NCBI RefSeq assembly: GCF_032444005.1
Contig: NC_091283.1
Span: 304,916,001-304,980,000, forward strand
Direction of reading: 5' to 3'
Source: Ranitomeya imitator
Lineage: Eukaryota
DNA length: 64,000 bases
Shown: positions 49,596 through 61,418 of the stretch, in pieces
Numbering within the stretch: the stretch's first letter is position 1
Layout of the letters: the number at the start of each line of letters is the position of its first letter
Notes under the pieces: generated by a model
What the model was told of the DNA's origin: nothing
Database searches by the model: none
What the model saw: the letters and a program-made list of their open reading frames with translations, nothing else
Translations under genes and position numbers: made by a program

Positions 49596-51714
49596 GTAGA
49601 TGGAGAGAAGGTGTCATGAGATCTCCCCTATGATGTGTAGATGGCTGTGAAGGTCTTGTGCTCAGTCTTATTTTATTCATTGTATTGCCATATTTTTCAG
49701 AATATAAGACTCCATTTTTTCTCCCAAATTCGGGGGGAAAATGGGGGTGCGTCTTATAATGCTTATATACTTTACCAGCCACGATGGAGCAGGGTCCCAA
49801 GAGAAAATATAATTCCCCTGTTGCCACTCAGTGAGCTTCCCATTCAGAGTTATGGCAAGGAGAAGTTTTTAATAACTGTTCAAAAAGGAGCATACATTCT
49901 CTAACTCAGCCCACCAAGTGAGGTCAGCAAGAGCAAAGCATAAAGCCCAGAAGCTCAATCAGGGAGGTGTCAGATGCCTGGAGAACCAGCTGCACAATGC
50001 TGTGCTGAGAGACCCTTTGCCATGGGAAGGCTCTCCTCTCCTTTATCAACACGTCATATCTGTGACTGACATAGAGTAAGTTTCTTATTTTAATCCCTTT
50101 TATTTTAACTGTGTTTACATACTGTATTTTGTCTCCTCTTGTAATATCTTTTGTAAACTTCCTATATTTTCCCTTCCCCATGACAGCATCTAACATGAGA
50201 CATGGTCCCAGCCCCCAGGAACAGGAAACCTGCATAGGAGATAAAAGATGGGGGCGGCACCTCTCTCCTCAGTTTAGTTTCCTGTTGCTGCGGGGAACCT
50301 GTGACATCGACCCAGCGGGAGCAGCTGGTGGCATGTGCGGCCGCATTACTCACTGGAGCTGTATCGGTGGTGTCCTACCCGCTGAGGGCTCCACGGCGTC
50401 CGCTCCTGGCCGGAGGCTGGGCCGGGGTAAGGGCGTGCCCATCACTAGGCTGGCGCCAAGGTAAATGAGAGAACTTCCGGGTTCAACCGCAAGTGACATC
50501 ACACGCCGAGGGGAGCGGTGTACTGACACTCCCGGGAGGTTGGAAGTTCAGGAGCGCTCTCCACCCTGTATTATTTAAAGAGGCAAAGCCTGAGCAATAG
50601 TGGCAATAGCCTTTCTAACATGGCGGACCCGACTGCGGAATCGCCGGTTCCGGTGGACATCCCACAGACTCCCGTGTTACTAAGATTTCGGTGGGTGAGT
50701 GCCTTTTAAGGCAGATAACATGTCAGTAACACAGTATCTCTGTATTATATTGTGCAGGGGAAGAAGGCTATACGGCCAAACAGAAAAATAAAGTGTGCGC
50801 ATTCTGTGATAAAGCTCTCCCTAGAACCTATGACAAACGGATCTGTCGGTTATGTATAGATGAGACTATGGCCGAGGAGTCTTCATCATTACTCCAAAAT
50901 ATAAAGGCTATCGTTAGGGATGAAGTCAAAATCACAATAAAGGAGCAGATGAAACAGCATGGGTTGCATAGCTCTGAAAATCCACCTCCTAGACCTGCCC
51001 AAACCTCTGACGTGGAATCAGAAAGCGAACCGGGGCAATTGCCACCTGATGATGACTCAGACTTAGACTCTTCAGATGAAGAGTGTGGTCGGCCGTATGT
51101 ACTACGGTATCTGAGGACGTTGGGAAACTGTTTAAGCTTGTTAGATCAACATTGGGGCTTTAAGCACCAAAAGAACATAAAACAACCAAAGATTCTATGT
51201 TTAGCAACCTAGAGCTGAAAAAACAGAGTTTTTACCCTTCGCCACGACAGCACCCCACATGAGAGAGAGGGATCCACCCATAGGAACAGGAAACCTACAG
51301 AATAAAAGGAGGCGGTCCCCTCTCCTCCTCAGTTTAGGTTTCCTGTTCCTATGGGAATCCCAGGACTTACCTACAGAAGAGGATCCCTGGGCCATGCACC
51401 CGCCTACGTCAGTCTCTGTAAGGAACGGCAGGGGCTGCGGTTCCAGAAGCAGCGGCGGGGGAGCCACTATTTGCAGCCTCCCCCCTCGTCTGATCGATGG
51501 CCATGGTCCGGGTTCGGTGCCGCTGGTCCGCCCGGCTCCATGAGGACGCGCGCGCTCAGCGGCCGGCTTTTTATCAGCAGCCGTCGCATGGTGAGAAGGA
51601 GCGGCGCGTCTAACCCGGAAGTCGCCGGAGCACTTCCGGGTTAGGTCCGGGGAGGCAGGAGATTCGGTGCCACATTTAAAAATCCAGCGCTAGCGTCGGC
51701 CGGTGTGTGTAAGT

Positions 51715-53197
51715 ATGGCTTCACCGGCCGATGTAGCACACTTGCCTGCAACAGAGCGCTCTCCCAGTAAGGAGACAAGCGCCAGAAGCAGCGCTAAAAG
51801 TGGGGATCGATTTCAGGAAAAGCGATCTCAGGAGAAACGATCTGCCACCAAACAGAGGGATCTTTCATCAAAGAATCCGCCTCCAGAACCGGTACCTGTC
51901 ATCTTCACTGGGTGAATTGTTGAAAAAGTCTCTTCCCATATGCTGATATATGCTCCTCCTGTATCCCCTCTAGAATAAGAAAAGGACACATAAATCCAAA
52001 CACAGAGAATGTGCTTTATGTTTGCAAACCCTCCCGGACTCATATACAAAGAGGTAATGCTCAGAATGCATTATATTGACCTTACGGCAGGAGAATGTAA
52101 TGACTCCGTCTGACGTCAGAGCCATTATCCGCGAAGAGATGCAGGGTTTGGCGCATGCAGGTAGCACCAGTACCCGACAGCCAAGCAGGTCCCAATCTCC
52201 AGCAAGCTCGGAGTCGGAACATAGATCCTCAGAGGGAGATGAAACTCAGCCGAGTTCATCCGAAAATGAAGGGGGACTGTGTCTACCCAATAGCAGCGTT
52301 GACAACTTAGTAAAAGCTGTTAGAAATACGATGTGGTTCCCAGACGAGAAAGGGAAGAAGTCGACTCAAGACATTATGTTTGCGGGGTTAGGACAAACAA
52401 AGCGTAGATTCTTCCCCGTCATACCCACAATTAAAGAACTAGTTAAAAAGGAGTGGGAAAAACAGTATACAAGGGGATTCTTTCCATCATCTGCCAAAAG
52501 ACGCTATCCCTTCAGCGATGAAGAGCTAAATTCTTGGTCAAAAATACCAAAAGTTGATGCCGCAGTAGCCTCAACTTCCAAACAATCAGTCTTGCCTGTG
52601 GAAGACTCAGGGACTCTAGCTGACCCATTAGACCGGAAAGCAGAAGCCTTACTTAAAAGGTCATGGGAGGCCAACACAGGGGCATTCAGGCCAGCTATTT
52701 CTGGTACCTGTACTGCAAGGTCGCTGCTAGTGTGGACGGAGCAGCTGGAGCAGCAAATTAGAGGTGGATCTTCAAGAAGTACAATCTTATCGAAAATCCC
52801 TCTAATGAAAGAGGCAGTAGCGTTCCTAGCTGATGCCTCTGCGGATTCGCTACGCCTAGCAGCCACGTCAGCCGGCCTAGTGAACACAGCCCGGCGAGCA
52901 CTCTGGTTAAAAAACTGGAAAGGGGACGCACAGGCCAAAGCAAAACTTTGTACGCTTACCGGCCAGGGTGAGTTCCTGTTCGGGAAAACACTAGATGAGC
53001 TCTTAAATAAAGCAGGAGAGCAGAAGAAGGGTTTCCCTTACCAATATCTTCCATCTTACAGGAGAGCCTTCAGAAGACGCCCCTTTACCAGGAACAGGCC
53101 TACTGAGCAAAGGGAGCGCTGGGAAACAAAGGACCCAAAACAAAAAGGTGCTCTGTTTACCGGATCCTATAACCCAAAACGTAACAAGTACCGCTAA
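51715..53197 (+). pseudogene. DIRS 2 gag-like ORF1 (probably spliced; one premature stop)
   Basis: Predicted exon 51715-51891 and exon 51974-53197; CALC...(stop)CSEC cysteine cluster; KEWEK, RRALWLKNW, LFG motifs. Confidence 0.75.
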
Positions 53198-55039
53198 CTA
53201 CGAAGTGGGTGGGAGATTAAAATATTTTGTTTCCAAATGGGAGCAAATAACATCCAGTTATTGTTATTGGATTCTGGACATTAATAAGTATGGAATAAAA
53301 CTAGAATTTGAGAGAATCCCTTGGGATTCCTTTATAATAACATCTCCAGGGGGACAAGAACAACAAAAGGCTCTAGAATCCGAGATTCTATCTCTCCTAT
53401 CTAAAAAAGTATTGCTAGAGGTTCCCCGAGATCAAGAGGGAAGGGGCTTCTATTCCCCTTTGTTCTTGATCAGTAAGCCAGATGGTTCATTTAGAACCAT
53501 CATAAATCTCAATAGATTAAATTCCTTTCTACGTAACCATACTTTCAAAATGGAATCTATTAGTTCTGCCATCAAACTTTTGTCCCCTAGGTGTGTCATG
53601 GCTGGGATAGACCTAAAAGATGCCTACTACCATCTTCCCATACATACCGAACACCAGCAGTACCTAAGAGTAGCAGTCATCCTGGCGGGACAGGTTCGTC
53701 ACTTTCAATATGTAGCAATGCCCTTTGGGCTTTCAATGGCTCCACGCATCTTCACGAAAGTGATATTAGAAGTTATGGCTTATCTACGCCAACAGGACAC
53801 TTTGATAATACCCTACCTGGATGATTTTCTGGTGGTAGGAGATGTAAAATGCGATTATCTAACACAATCTCGTCCCTACAGGAGTTGGGCTGGATCGTCA
53901 ACTTCCAAAAGTCCAGACTGAACCCAGACACCGTTCAGATATTTCTAGGGATCCGGCTAGACTCCGTAAGTCAAAAAAGCTTCCTCCCGCATTCTAAAAA
54001 AGTAACCATTCAGTCAAAGGTGTCAAAGGCAATAAAAAATCCCCATATGACTCTAAGAAAAGCTATGTCCTTATTAGGATCATTATCTTCATGTATCCCA
54101 GCTGTACCGTGGGCTCATTTTCATACCCGTCAGTTACAGTTTTATCAGTCCAGGGGAAGAAGCGACATCTGGAGAGTAAACTAACTCTTTCCAAGAATGT
54201 CATAGAATCCCTATCATGGTGGCTAGATATGGGACACCTTTCAGAAGGTGTACCTTGGATAGTAGACCCATCTAAAATAATTACTACCGACGCCAGCCCT
54301 ACCGGATTATGTGGTCCAAGACACCTGGAATCAGGCAGAGTTGTCATGTTCTTCCAATTGGAAGGAATTAAGAGCGGTGGAAAATGCCTTAAATCATTTT
54401 CTTCCACAGATCCAAGGAGCGCATGTAAGAGTTTTCTCGGACAATTCTACCGCAGTGGCCTATGTAAACCATCAGGGTGGTACACGGTCAGGAAGTCTGA
54501 TGACCATAGCAGGAGAGATCTTCCAATTGGCAGAGACTCATCTTGCATCCTTAACAGCCCTGCATATAAGAGGGGTGGAAAATATCAAAGCAGACTATCT
54601 CAGTCGAAACAGGCTACGCCAGGGAGAATGGACCCTAAACAGAGACATATTCAGAGCAATAACAAGATCATGGGGTACACCTCAAATAGATCTGTTCGCC
54701 ACAAGAGGCAACAGACAGGTAAAAAGATTCGCTTCTCTGAACTTCAGGGATCATCCAGACATGTTGGACTCTCTACACCATCCCTGGAAGTTCAAACTGG
54801 CGTACGCCTTTCCTCCAATGTCTCTGATTCCACTAGTGATCAGGAGAGAACAAGCGAGGGTAATCCTAATCGCACCCTTTTGGCAAAAGAGACCATGGTT
54901 CTCTTGTCTCCAGAGCATGTGTCTATGCGACCCGTGGATTCTTCCATCAGACAAGAAACTACTGTTCCAGGGGCCCTTCTTCCACCCGCAAGTGAAAGGA
55001 CTTCACTTGACGGCGTGGAATTTGAGCGGCAGTTACTAA
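53148..55039 (+). pseudogene. DIRS 2 RT / RNase H / methyltransferase-like ORF, frameshifted
   Basis: GGRLKYF..W, DLKDAYYH, PFGLSMAP, YLDDFL; TTDAS, DNSTAVAYVNHQGG; PQIDLFAT, LAYAFPP. Confidence 0.88.
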
Positions 55040-57342
55040 GCTCAAGGGGATTCTCAGAACAATTAGTAAATACCCTGCTACTAAGTAGAAAAAGATCTAC
55101 CACCCTAATATATAGTGGGGTCTGGAAAAAAATTCTTAAACTTTTATACGATACCATTCACTAGACAAGTTCCAGTGACACCTATTCTAGAGTTCCTACA
55201 AAAAGGCAGAGAATTAGGATTATCAGTGAACACCTTGAGAGTCCAGGTCTCAGCATTAGGAGCTCTATATGGTTGTAATATAGCAGCTGATAGATGGGTC
55301 TCCAGATTTATTAAGTCTTGTGAACGGAGTAATCCGGTTCATATTCCCCGTCTACCCCATGGGATTTAAATTTAGTACTGGAATTCTTAACTAACTCCCC
55401 GTTTGAACCACTAGATTCTATACCTCTAAATGTTCTAACGTATAAAGTAGCCCTATTGGTAGCCCTAACCTCAGCTAGGAGGGTTAGTGACACCCAGGCC
55501 CTATCAGTAGACCCACCTTTCTTGCTAGTATTTTAACCCCTTCACCCCCGGAGCTTTTTCCGCTTTTTCATTTTCGTTTTTTGCTCCCCTCCTTCCCAGA
55601 GCCATAACTTTTTTGTTTTTCCGTCAATATGGCCATGTGAGGGCTTATTTTTTGCGGGACGAGATGTACTTTTGAAAGATACCATTGATTTTACCATGCC
55701 ATGTAACAGAAAACGGGAAAAAAATTCCAAGTGTGATGAAATTGCAAAAAAAGTGCAATCTCACACTTGTTTTTTGTTTGGCTTTTTTGCTAGGTTCACT
55801 AAATGCTAAAACTAACCTGCCATTATGATTCTCCAGGTCATTACGAGTTCATAGACACCAAACATGTCTAGGTTATTTTTTATCTAAGTGGTGAAAAAAA
55901 ATTCCAAATTTTGCTAAAAAAAAAATTAAAAAAAAAATGCGCGATTTTCCGATACCCGTAGCGTCTCCAAATTTCGTGATCTGGGGTCAGGTGAGGGCTT
56001 ATTTTTTGCGTGCCGAGCTGGCGTTTTTAATGATACCATTTTGGTGTAGATACGTTCTTTTGATCGCCCGTTATTGCATTTTAATGCAATGTCGCGGCGA
56101 CCAAAAAAACGTTATTTTGGCGTTTTGATTTTTTTTCTCGCTACGTCATTTAGCGGTCAGGTTAATCCTTTGTTTTTATTGGTAGATCGGGCGATTCTGA
56201 ACGCGGCGATACCAAATATGTGTATGTTTGATTTTTTTTTAATTGTTTTATTTTGATTGGGGCGAAAGGGGGGTGATTTGAACTTTTATATATTTTTTAT
56301 TTTTTTCATATTTTTAATCACTTTTTTTTTTTTATTTTGGCATGCTTCAATAGCCTCCATAGGAGGCTAGAAGCATGCATAACTCGATCGGCTCTGCTAC
56401 ATAGAGGTGAAGTACAGATCACCTCTATGTAGCAGAAATGCAAGGTTGCTTTGAACGCCGACCACAGGGTGGCGCTCAAAGCAATCGGCCATCAACAACC
56501 ATAGAGGTCTCAAGGAGACCTGTGGTTGTTATGGCGATGCACTGCTGACCCCCGATCATGTGACGGGGGTCCGCAGTGCGAGCAACTCCGGCCGCGCGGC
56601 CGGGAGCGCTAGTTAAATGCCGCTGTCAGCGCTTGACGGCGGCATTTAACTAGTTAATGGGCGCGGGCGGATCGCGATTCCGCTCGCGCTCATTGCGCGC
56701 ACATGTCAGCTGTACAAAACAGCTGACATGTCGCGGCTTTGAGGTGGGCTCACCGCCGGAGCCCACCTCAAAGCAGGGGATCTGCCAGCTGACGTACTAT
56801 TCCGTCAGCTGGCAGAAAGGGGTTAAGATCGTATAGTCCTAATACCTGATCCCTCATACCTCCCTAAGGTAGCATCCACCTATCACAGATCTCAGGAGAT
56901 ATTTCTCCCTTCCTTTTTTGATTCTCCTGTAACCCCAGAACAACATAAATTCCACACCTTAGATGTCAGAAGAGCCATCCTGACGTATATAGAGAGGTCT
57001 CAGACATGGAGGCAGAGTAGGGCTCTGTTTATCTCCTTTCAGGGCAGCAAGAAAGGACGTGGGGTCACAAGAGCTACCATATCTCGATGGATCAGAGAGG
57101 CAATCTGTTTGGCCTATACGTCAAAGGGTGAAGTTCCTCCAGTGGGCATAAAGGCACATTCAACTCGGGCCATGGCTTCCTCTTGGGCAGAGCAGGCGGA
57201 TGTACCAATCCATTTGATATGTAAGGCCGCAACTTGGTCTACACCTTCTACCTTCTACAACCATTATAGACTTGATCTATCCACATCTTCTGATCTAACC
57301 TTTGGTAGAGTTGTTCTTAGTACAGTAATCCCACCCAGATAA
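54900..57342 (+). pseudogene. DIRS 2 tyrosine recombinase, interrupted by a piggyBac-like MITE
   Basis: VALTSARRVSD (about 55460-55495), HTLDVRR, KAHSTRAMASSW, TFYNHYRL (R...HxxR...Y catalytic set). Confidence 0.85.
55537..56822. mobile_element. Non-autonomous piggyBac-like element, 1.29 kb
   Basis: TTAA-ccccttca ... gaaagggg-TTAA (55533-55536, 56823-56826); homologous to 23886-25585. Confidence 0.88.
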
Positions 57343-58111
57343 TGACTCTCTGAAAATCTCTCATGTGGGGTGCTGTCGTGGCGAAGGGTAAAAAGCCGAA
57401 TTACTTACGGTAATACTCTTTTAATGAGTCCACGACAGCACCCATTTACAACCCTCCCTAGTTTTACACAGCTCTTTCTCTTAAGTTCACAAATAATGGT
57501 TGTATAGAGTTTAAGAAATTGATATTGCTGAATAGGAATTAATACTAAAGCTTTTTGCGGTTCCCTTTTTATACTCTGTAAACTAAACTGAGGAGGAGAA
57601 GGGACCGCCTCCTTTTATTCTGTAGGTTTCCTGTTCCTATGGACGGATCCCTCTCTCTCATGTGGGGTGCTGTCGTGGACTCATTAAAAGAGTATTACCG
57701 TAAGTAATTCGGCTTTTTCCTTTCCATGAAAATGTGTTAAATTTAATTAAAAAAAGAGTGGAAAAAAAACAAATAAAAAAAATGTCAGAGTTCCTCAGGC
57801 CCTTAAGCGTAAATATCCATTTGAGGAAGAAATCTGTGACAAATGGGAAAAAGCACCTAAATTGGACTTGGCAATTGCGAGCACTTCCAGGGGCATAGCG
57901 CTTCCCTTCGAAGACATGGGGGCTTTAAAAGATCCTCTTGATAAAAAGGCGGACGCCTTCTTAAAATCGGCATTAAGCCAGGAGTGGCCACCACTTGTAC
58001 AGCTCGGGCCATGATAAAATGGTTAGAGGAATTGAGCGAGCAAATAAGAGACAAATGTCCAATACCCTCACTTCAAAATGCAGCAGGCTTCCTGGCAGAT
58101 GCCGCCATTGA

Positions 58112-60214
58112 ACATCCTAAATAGGCAGTGTAAGCGGTTTATACCTTGTGGGAATAAAAGGACTAGAAATAGGAAAAACCCAATGTGGCTAAACAAAGAA
58201 GTAAGACAGGCAATTAACAGTAAAAAGAAAGCATTTGCACTACTAAAGCAGGATGGCACCATTGAAGCTCTAAAAAACTATAGGGAGAAAAATACTTTAT
58301 CTAAAAAACTAATTAAAGCTGCCAAAAAGGAAACAGAGAAGCACATTGCTAAGGAGAGTAAAACTAATCCCAAACTGTTCTTCAACTATATCAATAGTAA
58401 AAGAATAAAAACTGAAAATGTAGGCCCCTTAAAAAATAGTGAGGAAAGAATGGTTGTAGATGACGAGGAAAAAGCTAACATATTAAACACCTTCTTCTCC
58501 ACGGTATTCACGGTGGAAAATGAAATGCTAGGTGAAATCCCAAGAAACAATGAAAACCCTATATTAAGGGTCACCAATCTAACCCAAGAAGAGGTGCGAA
58601 ACCGGCTAAATAAGATTAAAATAGATAAATCTCCGGGTCCGGATGGCATACACCCACGAGTACTAAGAGAACTAAGTAATGTAATAGATAAACCATTATT
58701 TCTTATTTTTAGTGACTCTATAGCGACAGGGTCTGTTCCGCAGGACTGGCGCATAGCAAATGTGGTGCCAATATTCAAAAAGGGCTCTAAAAGTGAACCT
58801 GGAAATTATAGGCCAGTAAGTCTAACCTCTATTGTTGGTAAAATATTTGAAGGGTTTCTGAGGGATGTTATTCTGGATTATCTCAATGAGAATAACTGTT
58901 TAACTCCATATCAGCATGGGTTTATGAGAAATCGCTCCTGTCAAACCAATCTAATCAGTTTTTATGAAGAGGTAAGCTATAGACTGGACCACGGTGAGTC
59001 ATTGGACGTGGTATATCTCGATTTTTCCAAAGCGTTTGATACTGTGCCGCACAAGAGGTTGGTACACAAAATGAGAATGCTTGGTCTGGGGGAAAATGTG
59101 TGTAAATGGGTTAGTAACTGGCTTAGTGACAGAAAGCAGAGGGTGGTTATAAATGGTATAGTCTCTAACTGGGTCGCTGTGACCAGTGGGGTACCGCAGG
59201 GGTCAGTATTGGGACCTGTTCTCTTCAACATATTCATTAATGATCTGGTAGAAGGTTTACACAGTAAAATATCGATATTTGCAGATGATACAAAACTATG
59301 TAAAGCAGTTAATACAAGAGAAGATAGTATTCTGCTACAGATGGATCTGGATAAGTTGGAAACTTGGGCTGAAAGGTGGCAGATGAGGTTTAACAATGAT
59401 AAATGTAAGGTTATACACATGGGAAGAGGGAATCAATATCACCATTACACACTGAACGGGAAACCACTGGGTAAATCTGACAGGGAGAAGGACTTGGGGA
59501 TCCTAGTTAATGATAAACTTACCTGGAGCAGCCAGTGCCAGGCAGCAGCTGCCAAGGCAAACAGGATCATGGGGTGCATTAAAAGAGGTCTGGATACACA
59601 TGATGAGAGCATTATACTGCCTCTGTACAAATCCCTAGTTAGACCGCACATGGAGTACTGTGTCCAGTTTTGGGCACCGGTGCTCAGGAAGGATATAATG
59701 GAACTAGAGAGAGTACAAAGGAGGGCAACAAAATTAATAAAGGGGATGGGAGAACTACAATACCCAGATAGATTAGCGAAATTAGGATTATTTAGTCTAG
59801 AAAAAAGACGACTGAGGGGCGATCTAATAACCATGTATAAGTATATAAGGGGACAATACAAATATCTCGCTGAGGATCTGTTTATACCAAGGAAGGTGAC
59901 GGGCACAAGGGGGCATTCTTTGCGTCTGGAGGAGAGAAGGTTTTTCCACCAACATAGAAGAGGATTCTTTACTGTTAGGGCAGTGAGAATCTGGAATTGC
60001 TTGCCTGAGGAGGTGGTGATGGCGAACTCAGTCGAGGGGTTCAAGAGAGGCCTGGATGTCTTCCTGGAGCAGAACAATATTGTATCATACAATTATTAGG
60101 TTCTGTAGAAGGACGTAGATCTGGGTATTTATTATGATGGAATATAGGCTGAACTGGATGGACAAATGTCTTTTTTCGGCCTTACTAACTATGTTACTAT
60201 GTTACTATGTTACT
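58112..60214 (+). mobile_element. 5'-truncated CR1 LINE (copy 2) with open RT-to-stop reading frame
   Basis: ORF 58078-60099 with KSPGPDGIHPR, PQGSVLGP, FADD; tail (ctatgtta)3; direct repeat attga at 58107-58111 and 60215-60219; DIRS gag ADAAI|DSVRF restored on removal. Confidence 0.92.
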
Positions 60215-60616
60215 ATTGACTCAGTACGATTTTCTGCCCGTGCATGTGCCCTCTCCAACTCTGGTAGAGCATTGTGGCTAAAAAATTGGTCTGCTGACTT
60301 TCAGTCAAAAGTCAAACTGTGTGCAGTCCCTTGGGAGGGCCAAAATGTATTTGGGAAAACACTAGATGAAATTCTAGAGAAGGCGGCAGACAAGAAAAAA
60401 CACTTCCCGCCTCCCCCATTCTCAAGACGGCGGTGGAATGATAACCGGCCTTCCTTGCGGGGTTCAGGAAAAACAGGCCGCTGTCGGCCAGGGGATAAAT
60501 CCACACGAGGGAAACCCTGGAGTGAGAGAAGAGAGGATATCTCTTTAACAAGCCCCCTCAGAAATCAGACCCCAAACAGCAATGACGCCGACATCCTGGT
60601 GGGGAGGGGGGGGGGG

Positions 60617-61418
60617 TGTTATGAACTGGTGGTTTAGGAGCAACATGAGACGAGCTCTGAAGGAGGTGGTACCTGTACTGACCGCAGTTCCTAAGCTTAA
60701 CACAACACTAGCAGTAGCCGTGGGATGTTCCTGTCACTCCCTATACACCTCGTCACAGCCGGAGAACTAACTACCCCTAAAGATAGAAACAGGAAAGCTA
60801 TCTTGCCTCAGAGAAAATCCCCAAAGGATAGACAGCCCCCCACAAATAATGACTGTGAGTGGAGAGGGAAATGACATACGTAGAATGAAACCAGGATGTA
60901 GCAAAGGAGGCCAGTCTATCTAGATAGATAGGACAGGACAGAATACTGTGCGGTCAGTATTAAAAAACTAGAAAAATCCACACAGAGTTTACAAAAATCT
61001 CCACACCTGACTAAAGGTGTGGAGGGTAAATCTGCTTCCCAGAGCTTCCAGCTTAACTGAATAAATCCATACTGACAAGCTGGACCAAAAACATAGAATG
61101 TACAGAACAATTAAGTCCACTACAAGTGGACAGAAAAGAGCAAAGCAAGGAGTTATCTTTGCTGAACTGGTCAGGATATCAGGGAAATCCAAGCAGAGAT
61201 GTGAATCCAACCAGGAACCATTGACAAGTGGCACTGGCTGAAGGAAAGAGCCAGGCATAAATAGCCGAGCAGAAAGAAAATCAGTGGAAGCAGCTGCAGA
61301 CTGCTAAATCCAAGGAGCAGCCATTCCACTTAAAACCACCGGAGGGAGCCCAAGAGCAGAACTCACAAAAGTGCCACTTATAACCACCGGAGGGAGCCCA
61401 AGAGCAGAATTCACAACA
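60617..61418 (-). mobile_element. Solo LTR, 802 bp, same family as 8950-9697
   Basis: tgttatgaactgg...cacaaca; duplicated terminal block of about 45 bp; sits in a G-run at the start of DIRS 1 RT. Confidence 0.9.

Larger units (their letters stand above)
51234..57713 (+). mobile_element. DIRS1-like element 2, structurally complete, inserted in DIRS 1 gag
   Basis: Inverted terminal repeats (51234-51335 / 57585-57680 plus extension to 57713); internal complementary region 57357-57443; T5 on both flanks (51229-51233, 57714-57718). Confidence 0.92.

Noticed and set aside
49790-50166. Possible LTR fragment in the ZNF intron
   Set aside because: LTR-like composition but no TG/CA ends, TSD or partner could be identified.
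58078-58111. Apparent N-terminal extension of the CR1 ORF
   Set aside because: Chance in-frame fusion with out-of-frame DIRS gag sequence upstream of the truncation point.
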